Counted from the stretch's first letter, positions 45,801 to 60,107 are shown. The stretch is 64,000 nt of DNA from Eledone cirrhosa (GCA_964016885.1 OZ024742.1:233554001-233618000), one strand, 5' to 3'. Translations and numbers: made by a program. The notes: generated by a model not told the origin, from the letters alone.

Positions 45801-47277
45801 GATGATGGTGCTGGTAGTAGATTGTTCTCGTTGTTGATCCCCAGGGGTGAGTGTGACAGTGGTAATGGGAGCTGCTAAAAGTGTGTTTGTGCTGTCACTG
45901 GTTCTGTCCTATGGCTGGTAGTGTCCATGATAGTGAAGGGAACGTTATTGCTACAGTCTAAACATTCAAACAATGAAGGAAGCCTCAACGTGATCACTCG
46001 ACCTGCTAGAAATGATAACTGATATCCATCGTATTATGCCTTACCTTGTAAAAAAAAAATGGAGGGACACATTAGATACTGTAGTCATGAATATACAAAT
46101 ATATATAAAAAAGATTTTAAAAAACCAGTTGAGTTCCAGAAGGCTTAGATCTACTCGATCTAAGCTGACCTGGGTCTAAAAAATAACAACAAAACATATG
46201 CCGCCAACAAGTGAGATATCCATATCGTCGTTTAAACTTCTAGAAATGAAATAGCAGTCAAATTCCTTTCAAATCACAAATGGAGAGATATAGTGGATAA
46301 TGTGTTATTAAATAAACTACACTTGGAAAACGGACAGGATAATCTTGTTAGGAACACCTGTGATTATAAATCTGCTTCATAAGGACCGATATATAACCCA
46401 GACAACAACCACAACATAGAGATAACGGTGCATCGTCACTATTATCTATCAAAAGGGCAGTCGACAACATGCCTTGCGATATATAGTTATGTCCCTTTAC
46501 ATTCTGGGTTTAAATCCTTACGGGGTTGATAAAATAAAGTATCAATAATGCACTGGGATCGATTTAGTCGACTTTCTCCTCTTCCGTAATTGTTGGCTTT
46601 GTGCCTAAATCAGATACCATTATCTATCAAAATCAGGTATTCCCAATCTTTTTAGACTATCGACCCATCATAGAATCCTTGACCACTCCTCGACCCCATC
46701 TTTGTAGAAAAATAAATGTGTTATGGGTTTGGGACGACAGATTGAAAATTACAAAGTTCAAGGAAAACTCGGCGATTCAAGCGTCTTCATAAAGTGTTAT
46801 AATCACGGAATTACTGAATTAAATTTGTTACTATATACCCCATCATTTTGAGAGGAATTATACTAATTATATACACATCAGAAACTTGTTCAAGCAAGTT
46901 GTATTTATTATTTCATGTATTTTCATTTTTTATACAAATGTCACGTGTGGCCCAAAAGTTCAATCGATCATCTGGGGAGACTCATCGATCTCTAAATACT
47001 GATATCGACCACTTTAGAGATCTATGAACTGAACCTTCATCGCTTTGCAATCATATATTTGGTTCTAAACTAGAACATTGATGTATGGTGAGCCAACTAC
47101 ACGGTTTCCATTCACATTTCAATTCGTTTCCTTGTTCTTATGTTTTCAGTTACTAATATTGTAACGAAATCTATTTACATAAATATTTTGCATAATAAAC
47201 AGGAAGACAGAAATAATTAATAATGAAAGAATGGGAGGGGGAAAATGATGGTGTAGACTCGACACCTCTGTCTAGAC

Positions 47278-47586
47278 CAGTCATGGGCAACCTGCGACCT
47301 GCGAAGCTTTCTGAATGGCTCACCTAAGTCACCTAAGTAAAATCTTTCTGATTTTTTTACCCCAACTTTTCAGTTGTAATTTATCTTTCTATCATTTTTA
47401 CAATCGAGGAAAACAACGTGTACGAATTCTGTAGAAACAAATCAAAACAACCTCAGTTACCGCGGTTTTTTTTTTTGTTTTTTGTTTTTTTAATGTAGGC
47501 CCGAATGTACATTAGCGCTTGCGGCCCGCCTGATGATGAACCATATCTCATGCGGCCCGCTTCTCGAAAAAGGTTGTCCATGCCTG
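47278..47586. mobile_element. hAT (Charlie-type) MITE
   Basis: TIRs cagtcatgggcaacct / aggttgtccatgcctg; perfect 8-bp TSD gtctagac (47270-47277, 47587-47594); gcggccc subterminal motifs. Confidence 0.9.
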
Positions 47587-47789
47587 GTCTAGACGTTATA
47601 TCACAGCTGTGCCCCGCTAACAATAGGACGAAAGCATTGCCTACTGAGAATAGCCGTTGATACTCGCAGTTTCAGCTATTCCACTTCACTGGTCTTCTTC
47701 CTCAGACGAGATGTGGGTCTCCCAATTTTGCAGAGAAAAACGGTAGTTTGATGAACGAGGACACTGGAGGTCTTGACGGTGACTGGTAC

Positions 47790-48071
47790 GAAAAGAAGTG
47801 GTTGGTCAAGTCCCGGATAGAGGCGTTACATCTCCGAATTGAGAGATCGCAACTCCGATATTACGGACCTGTTGTTAGAATGTACAGTAAGGAAGCGCTG
47901 GACAGATTTTACAGGTAACCCCAACTGGCAGGAGACCTAGAAGTAAACCCCAAGCAAGATGGTTGGATAACATCCATGAGCTCAGTTTATCTCGCTTGGG
48001 GATCCAGCCGGATCAACTGGAGACGGTTGCTTCTGACAGAACCCACTGGAAGGACTCTTTGAAGACTCTCC

Positions 48072-48102
<31 letters not shown>

Positions 48103-48117
48103 AAGAAGAAGAAGAAG

Positions 48118-48147
<30 letters not shown>
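47790..48147 (+). mobile_element. Rex3/Expander-like RTE 3' fragment with (GAA)n tail
   Basis: LHLRIERSQLRYYGPVVRM..PTGRRPRSKPQARWLDNIHELSLSRLGI..ASDRTHWK, then (GAA)n at 48073-48147. Confidence 0.8.
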
Positions 48148-48148
<1 letters not shown>

Positions 48149-49014
48149 TTCCTTGATATATGTAGCGACTGTATCATAGAAGTGCCTACGTTTCATGTCG
48201 ATAACACCTGTGTTCGACTGATTATCGATTAATCTGAAATGCAGTAACAACATTGTTTGGGGCATACATTTCAAGGGTAACAGAACGCTAAGGTAAACAC
48301 GTCTCCAGTAGATCTGGCACCACAGAAACCGTGCTTGTGATCACTTAAGATAGATAAAGATACCATGTGATAAAGGAAATGTTTGAAATGAAGGGAGGAT
48401 GAAAAGGCCAGCAGTTGGTATTGTCTGAGGGACTGACTATTTTAAATATTGAACATAGTTATCTACATAGATGTAAACATTAAAGAGTTTATTTGGTCAG
48501 CTGAGACATACACAAGTTAACTCTAAATAAGTAAGAGGAAGAGTTGCTGCTGCTAGCTGCAGGATCACGATATAACTATCGAGTTTCAAAACAAATGCTA
48601 CTATGTTTCTAGTTCGAAGTGGCAATCTCTTGAACAGAACTTATTTGGTGAATGCATTTGATTAGAAAAATAACATAAGCAATTAACTTTATTTATCACA
48701 CTTGCTAAATGATTGATCGGTAAAGTTACGAATAGTTCACATTTAAGATAAGTGCGTAGTTAAGATTTGATAAAACTATTGATTGCTAGATGGTGTGTGT
48801 TACGTCTATAAAATGTAATATGTATTAAAGATTTTTAATAATAAGTGTATAATTAATATTAGATAGTAAAATTAAATCTACTAGTATGCCATAATTTGTA
48901 TCAAACTATAATGATTTGATTTAAATTCAACAGTTTACTTAGAATGGCAGGTTGCTGCAACTATTTGCTGACCTAGTGTGAGTGTGTCCGTGAAACATAT
49001 TTATATACACGCGG

Positions 49015-49875
49015 CCCCGGGGGACAGGAGAGAGAAGGCGTTTCCTCGGAGGATGGTGAAGGAGAGGCACTGGAAGAATCATTCCAGCTCGCGAGGCTCA
49101 CACCTGCGGGTAGTCAACTCCGACCGATGGTGGTTAGTAAGAAGGTGGCCATAGGGCCAAGGATACCAGAGGTCTGCACTGCTACGGGCTTGACCACAAA
49201 CCTGTCTGAGTGCGACCGATATTTGGAAAATTTACCCTCTTCGGCCCGAAGTGCAGTAGTGCCTGGGTCAGTTGCAGACTGCACCAGGTTGCCGCTGGAG
49301 AATGAGTCGTGGCCTGTGGCATCCCAGATGAGGGGTTTACTACCGGGGAACGGGAAGATGGTCATGACGTCTGGCCTTTTGCCGTCCCCGGGTCTAGCCC
49401 CGCCGGTTGGAGCTGGGAGAGGAAGCCTGCAGCATCTATGACATGCTTTATGACCTTGTTGAGAGCAACATGGCGTAGAAGTCGGCTGGCGCTGTAGCGA
49501 CAGGACAGTAAGTGGAGGCCAAAAGTGTCTACGGTGGATCCGCAGCAACATTTATGTGGCTCGCAGATCCAAAGGCCGAGCCTCAGGGAAACCAAGATTC
49601 ACAGGCTATCATTATCCATCTGTGTGCCAGTTGAAAGCCAGGGTAAAGCATTAAGCCAGGCACGGTCGTGGAGTTGCGAAGCCGAGAGAAAACATGCGAG
49701 ACGGTGTTGGTCGTGCTAGCGTGTTATCCTGTCGGAGGCCATGTTGCACTGGATGGCATCCCATATGTTCTGGGGGATTTGTCATCTACAGGGGAAGAGG
49801 AGAAGCGACGTCTACTGTGCGGTTTCAAGTCTCGCAGGCGGTCTCACATTCTTCGATCACAGTGGGTTCCATTGT
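49015..49875 (-). mobile_element. CRE-clade non-LTR 3' fragment (zinc knuckle plus restriction-like endonuclease)
   Basis: CCCGSTVDTFGLHLLSC..RHVALNKVI..DGKRPDVMTIFPF..LIWDAT..KPVAVQTSGILGP. Confidence 0.9.
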
Positions 49876-50614
49876 GTTGTGGGGAACTCTGTTACAAGAG
49901 GTTACCGTATAGTGTGAAGTCTATTTTCTAAAAAAATAATTTAGACATATAAAAAGTAACTAAAAATATCCAGTTGACTTCGAGTACTTCTCTCCTCATA
50001 CAGACCTGTTTTGGAGCATTTTATTTGATTTGTTATACGTTGTTCTTAATAGAGTAATATATTCTTTCAATGATATTATATCTACACTATTAAATCTATT
50101 CAACACAAGTTTTCAGTATAATTTGAAATATCTATTGAAATTTATAAATTCATATGTAAACATCCATATTGAAACTTATACAATGATTACGAGAATGTTA
50201 CCTACCATATGACAGGTACTTTAGAACTATAGGCAAATAAAAAAATGTATTAATATATTTTTTAATATATGAAAAATATATAAAAGTGAATAAATTAAAT
50301 CACTATGCATTTGGATAAAACAATTCATAATATTGCTCTCTTACAAATACAAAAAGTATAAACGCAGGCATGTTGTTAAGAGTTTCACTACCACGTGTTC
50401 AGTACCACGTAACTTCCAGCTCAATTTTATTGCGTGACTTCTTTGATAAGTGTCTTTTACGATAGCCTCAAGTTGACCAATGACTTGTGAGTGTATTCCA
50501 ATGTGTTAGCATCTTACTTACAATGGCTGTAAATATTTAAAACTTAATACAAAATTAATGTGACCGCTGTCCGTTTTAATGTACCCAGTTGTATGAGCAA
50601 CACGGTTTACGTAA

Positions 50615-50805
50615 TAATTGTTTCTACTTTTGGCACAAGGCCAGCAATTACCCAGTACATTACTGATACTTTATTTTATCGACCCCGTAAGGATGAAAGG
50701 CAAAGTGAACCTCGTCGGGATTTGAACTCAGACCTTAAAGGGCCATAACTCTATCCTGCAAAGCATGGTGTCCGACCCTCCACCAATACAGCCAATCCAC
50801 CGCCC
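50615..50805 (-). mobile_element. tRNA-derived SINE copy
   Basis: Family match. Confidence 0.9.
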
Positions 50806-50915
50806 TCGATAGAGGTTTACCGATGGAATTCGAGAGATATGGTAAACATTTTCTTCAGAAAGTATTGGAAAGATACATAAAGTTTTTGTCAAATTAATAT
50901 AAATTCCAAAACGTA

Positions 50916-51096
50916 ATAATTGTTTCTACTTTAGGCACAAGGCCAGCAATTACCCCAGTGCATTACTGGTACTTTATTTTATCGACCCCGTAAGGATGAA
51001 AGGCAAAGTTAACCTCGACGGAATTTGAACTCAGACTGTAAAGGGACGTAACTATGCTAGAAAGCATGGCGTCCAACCCTCTACCGATACTGCCAA
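50916..51096 (-). mobile_element. tRNA-derived SINE copy
   Basis: Family match; gtaataat duplicated at the flanks. Confidence 0.9.
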
Positions 51097-51379
51097 TGTA
51101 ATAATGGCTCTATTTCAAATAAACCGCAATTTTATACTTATACCGTTTCCATCTCTTCTTTCCCGCGTCTCTATCGCCCCCCTCCTTAACACGTCTCTTT
51201 ATTTATGACTCTCACTTTTTCTCTCGGTGTTTCTCCCTCGTATTCTATAATCGATTACAACGTGCATCGAACTTTTTGATGGCAGACTCTCTGTATGTCT
51301 TCGTCATCTCTCTCACCTGTCGCGTTCTCACCTCTATCCCTTGTTCCCCCCTCTCTCTCTCTATCTATCTATCTAAATA

Positions 51380-51552
51380 CCATAATGGAGACGGCAAAAA
51401 CCAGTTAGATCATTCCTCACCAGAGTGCTCGATACTTGGGGTTGTAGAGTGGATAATATGAAAAATTCGAGACCCCAGCGGGTAAGCTCCGGCCTTTTCA
51501 ACATCTAGCTTTTGAAACGGCCGGAGCTCACCCATCGGGGTCCCGAATTTTT
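51380..51552. mobile_element. Mini-element family B, foldback copy
   Basis: gaaaaattcgagaccccagcgggtaagctccggcc is inverted with ggccggagctcacccatcggggtcccgaatttttc; relatives at 2850-2945, 5104-5157, 5761-5885, 57300-57458 and 59911-60095. Confidence 0.7.
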
Positions 51553-51563
51553 CATACACACAC

Positions 51564-51668
<105 letters not shown>

Positions 51669-51685
51669 TGTGTGTGTGTGTGTGT

Positions 51686-51726
<41 letters not shown>

Positions 51727-51744
51727 ATTAGAAAAGGTATATAT

Positions 51745-51805
<61 letters not shown>

Positions 51806-52569
51806 GGCACAAGGCTACATTTTTTTTGTGAAAGGTGTAGTTCTAGTATGGCCTGATACCTATTTTATCGAGCCCTTGGTAATCAGAGGTGACATCTACT
51901 CTGGCTGGATCTGATTGCTGAACGTAGAGAGGAAAAACTAAACACTAGAAAACATTAAATTCAACGCTTTCTATGATACTTCAACGTATCTTTTACAAAA
52001 ACTTGATTTATCTTTCAATACTTTCTGAAGAAAATGTTTACCATATCTCTCGAATTCCATCTGTAAACCTGTAATGGTTTTCTTTAAAAAACCCTAAAAT
52101 TTCATCCATAACTATTGATGCTGCTTCAATAATTATGCAATTTCCCCAAATTCTAAAATCCACCACTTACAACGATCATCCAGACAGGAAATATCCAGAA
52201 GATTTAATGTAATTTGTAAATTTATAATGATCTTTTAAGTTATCATACTTGAAAGTTTCTAGCTAGAAAATAATATTTATAATTTCGATATCCTACTGGT
52301 ATTAAATGTTTGTAACATTAAAAGAGAGTTAATAATTAAAATTGTGTTTACCATATTAATGCCTTAAGTAGGTGTTGGGCAAGATATTTTTAGCTAAAAG
52401 AAGTATGATTAATTGGTGGTCTTATTTTATTCATAGTTATTAGTGACTTAAAAACTGTTTGGATTCAAACAGAAAATGAACCTGTCCGGTGAAGTCTACT
52501 CACCAGAGAATAATTTCTCCTCAGATATGTCTATGATTTCCTGCCTTCTAATACGAATTTAGTGAGACA

Positions 52570-53500
52570 AATCAGATAACCTCTGATGCCCATTCTGCCA
52601 GTAGACACACTGTGGAACACGTTCTGCGCTCATTAGCCCAGGGAAGATACACATGGAGACAATCAAGTACTGAAAGAGATCGCATATGTGCAGCAAAAGT
52701 AAAACCCGTACTATAAGAATCTCCAACAACATACAGCAGGAGGCAGCAAATCATAGCCAGGAACAGCTATGCCATACATGGCAAGATGATCGAGTCTTCT
52801 GGGTGGTGTAGACGAGTGGGAGTGTGCAACAGACATCCAATGGTCAGCAAAATAACCAGAAATCATCAAAGGGAGTGGTCTGAGGCTGCATATCGCGTTC
52901 CATTCCGGTTAATCAAAACAGCTGATTTTGATTGAAATTACCGTGTCATTTGAAAGTAGATTAGAAGAAGCACGCGTATTCAATACCGAAAAACAGGCCA
53001 GTTTGATGAACAGCCTGAGGCAAGCCGACTTCCGAGTCAAATTTATCGCCATAGAAGTTGGAGCCAGAGGCTTAGTAGGCAAACCTCCCACAATTTCATG
53101 AAACAACTTTCAGTCTCTGGGAAGACAAGGATCAAAGCCCCAAAAGCAATATCAGAGGCAGTGTAAAGGAGTTGCAGCTGGATCTGGTCAAGAAGGAACA
53201 AAAACTACCCCCATTTCACGTATGAGACATTGTGTTTGTATTTTAACGCACGCTAAGGGAAGTAAATAAAGCGTTTAAATATAAGTTTGAAAGCAGAGAC
53301 AACAGAAAGTAGTTCCAGCTAGATCCTGTCAACAAAATCTCCTATATCCAAATGGCTACATGTCAGTAGAAGAGCACCCAGGAGTAATGACCTAGATGCG
53401 GCTCGGCCCCTTTAAAGTGTAAGAAGTTAAGGGCCGAAACACTCGCTTGGGCGGGGCTTCTTCTCTGAAGACCTTCTGCTGTCCAGCTCTCCTGAAAGCT
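52570..53500 (+). mobile_element. HERO-like non-LTR retrotransposon 3' fragment (restriction-like endonuclease plus 3' UTR)
   Basis: TVEHVL..LAQGRYTWR, SKQLILIEITVSFESRLEEAR..FIAIEVGARGLVG, ..SCSWIWSRR. Confidence 0.8.
53416..53476 (+). ncRNA. Hammerhead-like motif with reordered strands in the HERO 3' UTR
   Basis: agtg-TA-agaag ... GAAA-cact ... cttct-CTGAAGA; stem III agtg/cact and stem I agaag/cttct pair perfectly; stem II is weak. Confidence 0.6.
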
Positions 53501-56434
53501 TCTTACCACTATTTTATTCTACTATTTATTATTGAGTGTTTTTAACAAAGTGCAAATCCATAAATTTATGAAGTACAGTATATAAAGTTTAGTATATATC
53601 TAAAAGACTTGTTCATACCTTTTTTCTCTTGTTTCCTATGTTGATGGGTCTTGTTTTCTCTATTGATGGTACGTTTGAGAGGGAATCTATAAACATCTTA
53701 ACATAATTAATGAAGTTATTGTATTTAATTATTTGTTTTTTTTGCCAAAAGTAGAATCAATTATATTTAATTATAAACATTTAATTATAAACATGCACCA
53801 TTTAACTATATGAAAATACATTCCATCTAAATATATATTATAGTAGAGACTGGTATTTTATTAGCGTCTATTTGGTTAAATAGTCGATTTGCATTTATAA
53901 ATATTCAATTTCCATTCTAAGTGAATATCACTTAGTAATCAGAAACGAGAACTGTATTTCATTACATAAATTCTTTATGGGAATGAAATCCTTGTTTTAT
54001 TTTCAGCAGAAATGAACAAAAGAAATTACTATGAACAATCCTTAAATCCACAAGATCAATCAACAATTTGTAATTCCAGCCGGTATAAATTTCTAAGTTG
54101 TTCATATTTGTTTTAGATACAAGCTGATCAGTGATTTCAACGTTTTAATCTCGACGACAGAAACATGTCAAAAGAGTTGAGATAGCTATAGTGAAAGGAG
54201 AGATTGCAAAGTACAAGTTTCAGTTGCCAAGTAGAATTCGGATATTTGCAATGTGTTTGATTGTTATAAAGGGAAGTTGTTGACCAATTATAAAGCCAAT
54301 ATTAGCCATTTAGAAACATGGATGTGTTTCAAAGAAATCTGACGGATATAGTTAGCGAACTATATATTTAAGGCCACATTTCCAGCTGTTACACAAGATG
54401 TTGATTGTTGTTTTCACTTATTAGAAATTGCTCTGACAAAGATACAGTGCAATATAATGTAAATGTATAGACGCAGATAAGATTCACACTTTTCATGATT
54501 TTCAAAGCAAGTGTGGTTTTGTTATTTCTATGTGTAGCCATTTTAAGAACTAAAGCAAAACATATAGAAGCTGATGTAGCTTTAATTTTGAATCTACCAT
54601 TAATGGGCGGAAGCAATTTCAATAGAAGGCTAGTATATATATATGTAGAGACATTAAAAGACCGAGGCTGGATAATTGATTGCATTTATTGCGCTATATG
54701 TTTGTTCTATGTTCAAATTCTCTCGGTATTGATTAAGCATTTCATTAGATCGGTGAATTATATAATGTAATCTAAAAATATCCATACAAAACATATGCAA
54801 AGTTAAAGTAAAATATATAATGCCATTCTGCTTGTCACAGCATGTCTTCATATGTTACTCTTGAAATGGAATCAAAAAGATAAAATGTTTACCTTGCAAA
54901 AAAGAAAGTTTTCTCCGGGGTAAAATGACATACAAAGGGTTAATGGATGGATCAAACATCTTTAAATACTTGTTTAAATCTATCAATATGTATTACGAAT
55001 GATAAAAGAATCTAATATATTTCAATAAATATCGATATACACCATTGGGAAAGTCATGACGTGTCATAAACTCGATTAAATATGATTTAAATTGTACGTG
55101 AAGAGTACCAATGTCTCGTATATTTTGTACAATTCCATGACGATTAACATGTTTTCATCACAGTGAGTGCTTTATTATATCAAACCGACATTCCGATGTC
55201 CACTATTTACTATCATCAATGAATACTTTCATTATTCCATAATTTCATTTTCTAAAGAAAAGCTTTACTAGTGCATTTAACTGAGTCCCTTTTCGTTTGA
55301 CACTTAACAATTTAGATTTGTTTTTACATTTCAGCTTCTTTTTCGTTTCACTTTACGCCCATCTAAAATAGCCACCTAATCACAGTGGTTGTTTGAGCTG
55401 TTGAAAATAGCAGACAAATCTTCCTCAACAAATGATAAAGTACTTATGATTCAGAAATAAACCTCTTAACTATTGCCATATGTGACTTCCTTTGCAGCCT
55501 TGAATTCAAATTAATATTTAACGCGAATAAGGAAGGAGCTAATAATTTCAGAAAACATCCGAAATTGTAATTGTGCAGTTTTCGTTGCTTCATTTCGTGC
55601 AAAAATTACTACACTTCAATGAAAAGAACCATATTTTTTTAGATTCATTGTTTTGAAATCATGGACAGATATATTATTTTCTGTACACGGAAAATGATCT
55701 GCCATCATATAGCCAACTTGATGTTAATGAAGTTTTATACTAGATAAAAGCACTTGAAAATTCAAAATGTTTGCCTAATGTGGCGAACACAAGTCAAGAA
55801 TTTATGATTTTATTCTCATCCCATATGCTGAACTATAAAAAAATATGTACTTAGCAAAGCTGCAAGAACAGGTACCTGCGCTCAAAGAAAAATATAACCC
55901 ACACTTCAGACAACGCCCTAATATCAATCAGTACAATTTTCTTACTTAATGAAATAACCACCATGTTCATTGATGAAAATAGAACTCCTTGAAGGAAATT
56001 GATTCATTAGAATTCACCCAAGAAATGGGTGAATCCTAAGGAATTATCTACCTGGTAATCTTGACCAAAAGCGTTACCCTTTTTTTTTCCCAATCGTGAG
56101 CTTCGATAACAGATTGATATACTGTGTATTGAAGAATGATCAACTGGTGTTCAAAATAATACAAGTGTTCTACTGCTATCGTCTTTTATGCAGATGCGAT
56201 TTAACTCTCATTACAGACCAGGGAGACATTTTCAACGATTTATTACGTATATATTATGTGTGAACATTGACGTTTACAGTTTGTAAGAAACAACTGATTT
56301 CAGTTGTAAATTCATAAGAACAATAGACAAATGGATCATCTTCAAGCTAGAGAAAACCAAAATTTATTATATCCGTTATAACAAACTAAAATAATTAAAC
56401 AGTGAAACATTGTTATGATTATATATAAGTTTAC

Positions 56435-56603
56435 GAGCGGTGGATTGGCAGTATCGATAGAGGGTCGGACTCCATGCTTTGCAGCAAACAGTTACGGCCC
56501 TTTGTGATCTGAGTTCAAATCCCGCCGAGGTTAACTTTGCCGGTAATAATACCAGTAATACACTGGGATAATTGCTGGCCTTGTGCCAAAAGTAGAAACA
56601 ATT
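56435..56603 (+). mobile_element. tRNA-derived SINE copy with internal deletion
   Basis: 17-bp TSD attatatataagtttac (56418-56434, 56601-56617). Confidence 0.9.
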
Positions 56604-56668
56604 ATATATAAGTTTACACATCAAGATAAAAGTAAGAATATTTATTTTAAAAACAGTGGAATACTTAC

Positions 56669-56788
56669 GCATCTCGCTAGTCTCTGTGTGCCAAGAACTT
56701 CTAGAGTGATCGATGAAATTTTAGGCTTAAAGTATTTTTCGAATAAAATTAATGTTTTTTTCTTTTTTTTTTTTGACACCAACAATCT
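56669..56788 (-). CDS. Candidate 120-nt exon, unidentified
   Basis: Acceptor ctcatatttcag, open phase-0 frame RLLVSKKKKKKTLILFEKYFKPKISSITLEVLGTQRLARC, donor gtaagtat. Confidence 0.3.
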
Positions 56789-57098
56789 CTGAAATATGAG
56801 TTAATTTATATTTATAAAGGATATTTCTCAAACCCACACATATATATATATATATATATGTATGCACACATATATATATATATATATATGTATGTATGCA
56901 GGATTGTATGAACATTCATGTGCATTTGCTTGTAAGTGTGTGTATAAGGGGAGAGAGAGAAAGACATATTGATGTATACTTGTAACCGACTGAATATGCT
57001 CGTGTGATTATTTTTCTCCCCATTTTTTTCCCATTTTCCCCGTTCCTTCCTCTCATCACTCTTTACTTTCTATTTATCTTCTATTTCTAACTCCTCTA

Positions 57099-57134
57099 TC
57101 TTCTAATGAAGAACTAGTGTCTGAAACGTTAAGA
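57099..57134 (+). ncRNA. Degenerate minimal hammerhead ribozyme
   Basis: tctt-CTAATGA-agaactagtgtct-GAAA-CG-TT-aaga; the 3' half of the same family lies at 42964-42985 (-). Confidence 0.6.
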
Positions 57135-57253
57135 CTCTCTGCCTGTTATTTCTAGCGTTAAACTAATATATTTCTTCCATCTACTGTGCTGTTGATTTTG
57201 TTATTTTTGTTATTTCTGTTTACCTTTTACATATATCTATCTATCTATATTTA

Positions 57254-57301
<48 letters not shown>

Positions 57302-57531
57302 AAAATATATGACTATTCAGTCCAGAAATAGCTGTCGAAACGGCTTGAGCTCTGCCGTCGGGGTCATACATTTTCCTATTACCCACTCTACTGCCGTAAG
57401 TATTGAGTACTCTGGTGCGTTATAGTCCATATGGTTCCTTACCACAACTCCTTCGTTATATATATATATATATATAAATAGATGTGTGTATGTATGTATA
57501 TGTATATACATACATATATATATACACACTC

Positions 57532-57609
<78 letters not shown>

Positions 57610-58039
57610 ATTAAAAAACATACACATACACATGCACACAAATATTCACACACACGCGTACACATAATGTCTCATATTCTTTAGTTCATCCTTATAATTT
57701 TCTTTACTGCAAATTTCTCCTTTTGTGATGGAGTAGGTGAGATATTTTCTATCTATCATATTGCAAACACCGAAACAACCATCAACAATACATTTTATTC
57801 GATTGTCTTTACTATTATATTCTTCTTTGAGACATACCCGGAGTCTGAAATAGAAACCAATATTTTACAATCAAAATGTCTAAAATGAATATTATTGAAA
57901 CCAACAGCAAATGCTGCAGAATAGTTATAAACACTAAAGTATATACCAATAGTATTTATATTATCTGTAGTGTATTGCGCGGTGGAATAGCAAAATCTCG
58001 CCGAGATCAATTGCTGGCCTTTATTAATAGTATACTTAA

Positions 58040-58259
58040 GGTGGTGAGTTGGCAGAGCTGTTACAGCGTCGGTCAAATGCTTAGCAGTATTTGTTCTGGG
58101 TCTTTACTGTTCTGAGTTGAAATCCCGCCAAGGTCAACTTTGCCTTTCATCCTTCCGGGGCTTGATAAAATAAAGTATGAGTTAAGTACTGGGATCGACA
58201 TAAACCACCTCCCCTCCCCATAAATTGCTGGCCTTGTGCTTACATTAGAAATCATTATT
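58040..58259 (+). mobile_element. tRNA-derived SINE, longer subfamily
   Basis: Family match with an extra gggatcgac..cctcccc segment, as in 62018-62247 and 46460-46622. Confidence 0.8.
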
Positions 58260-58840
58260 AACAGTATACTTAATTATTAGAGAAAAAATATAATTTAGAT
58301 GTAAGCGGTAAAATCTGAGTTTTATCTAAGCTTATGAATCTAAGACTTATATTCTGTCTTTCACCGAATATTTAACGTCTGATATTTCGCTGGCAGATTT
58401 GAAAACCAAAAGATTAAACCAACGAATTTCTCAGCAATTGTGTCAGTTTAATGCAACATGTTAACATGAGCTAGCATCGTGTTGGCAGCGTTAACAAGAA
58501 ATTGTTAAACATTGCATGGGACATTACAACACGAAGAACTGGTATCATGCAATCTCAAGTTAGTGATATTGATGACAGGTGAAACAATTACTATAACCAA
58601 TTGGGTATAAAGAGATTATTTTTTAAGGGTTAACAACATGTATTCGTGGTTATACTGCAATCTTTGCTTAACGTTTTTTTTAAGAACTCCAAACATATAG
58701 GTGTAAAAGAGTAAAAGAATTTTGAAGTTTTTTTTATCCAGATTTAAAACTGTGGAGCAGCTACTTTATATTTCTGTAATATCACGGATATACAAAGAAA
58801 CTGCACAGTTGGGTGAAATATCTGGTGTTATTACTAATTC

Positions 58841-59028
58841 GGGCGGTGGATTAGCAGTATCGGTAGAGGGTCGGACGCCATGCTTTCCAGCATAGTTACG
58901 TCCCTTTACGATCTGAGTTCAAATCCCGCCGAGGTTGACTTTGCCTTTCATCCTTACGGGGTCGATAAAATAAAGTACCAGTAATGCACTGGGTAATTGC
59001 TGGCCTTGTGCCTAAAGTAGAAACAGTT
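58841..59028 (+). mobile_element. tRNA-derived SINE copy (young)
   Basis: 14-bp TSD gttattactaattc (58827-58840, 59026-59039); near-identical to 36884-37069. Confidence 0.92.
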
Positions 59029-59750
59029 ATTACTAATTCAATTATTGGTTAAATTACAAGTGATTTCAATATAAAGGTTTAATCGTGAGAATAATTATAA
59101 CCAGCATCAAAATGAATATTTTTCTCCTAAAAATCTTCAAAGACAGTAATTGCATAAAGAAAAGTATGTAAACTTCCTATATTAAATTTTTTTAAATGTC
59201 AAAAACATGGTGACAGCCTCTGACAGTAGTGCTGCCAGAGAAATTACGGAAACTGTTTGACTTAAACTAACAACGAAATAAATTAGCGACCTGGCAACGG
59301 ATTAACAAAAACCCTGTGTTGAATATATAAACAAATGCGACCTTTGCTGCGACTCGATCCATCGATATCGTTCCAATTTATAATATCAACATATACCGTT
59401 ACTGAGCAACTGCGAAATCTGTTTAAATATACTGGAGCAGTCTCTAAACAAAATAGTAAGGCATTGATCAAATCTTGAATCTAGTTGAAAAGACACGTGT
59501 AAAAACTTGCGGGTAAAGAAGCAGTTTAGCCATTGACCACATTTACAAAAGTAGATTTGTTGTATTGTGATGTTAATTAGAATGACCTTGAAGTAAATAC
59601 AGCTCTGCATTTCAGACAAATGCATATCCGAACTATGTTAGTTCTTAATATTGACAATAGAACAATGACAGGTTGTCTTGCAATTGAATGATTCCTTTAT
59701 CTTAGACTGTCAAATTTCAAAGGAAATAAAAATAAATAAACATTTCTATT

Positions 59751-59872
<122 letters not shown>

Positions 59873-60107
59873 ATGTATGTATGTATGTATGTATGTATGT
59901 ATGTATGTATAAGTGAGTCAGGGCCCCGACAGCTGAGCTCTTGCCGCTTTAACAGTTAGTTCCAGAAATAGCTTTTGAAACGGCAAGAGCTCACCTGTCG
60001 GGGTCTTGACTCATTCATATAACCATACTCTACCACCCTAAGTATCGAGTACTGTCTTGAGTAATGTTCTAACATTTTACTGAATCCATTTTGATTTATA
60101 TATATAT

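Noticed and set aside
45171-45878. 235-aa Gly/Ser-rich ORF
   Set aside because: Pure GGT/AGT microsatellite with a single codon per residue; no other coding evidence.
54006-54083. Plus-strand exon candidate after ttttattttcag
   Set aside because: Short, no homology recognised, and the following putative intron is implausibly small.
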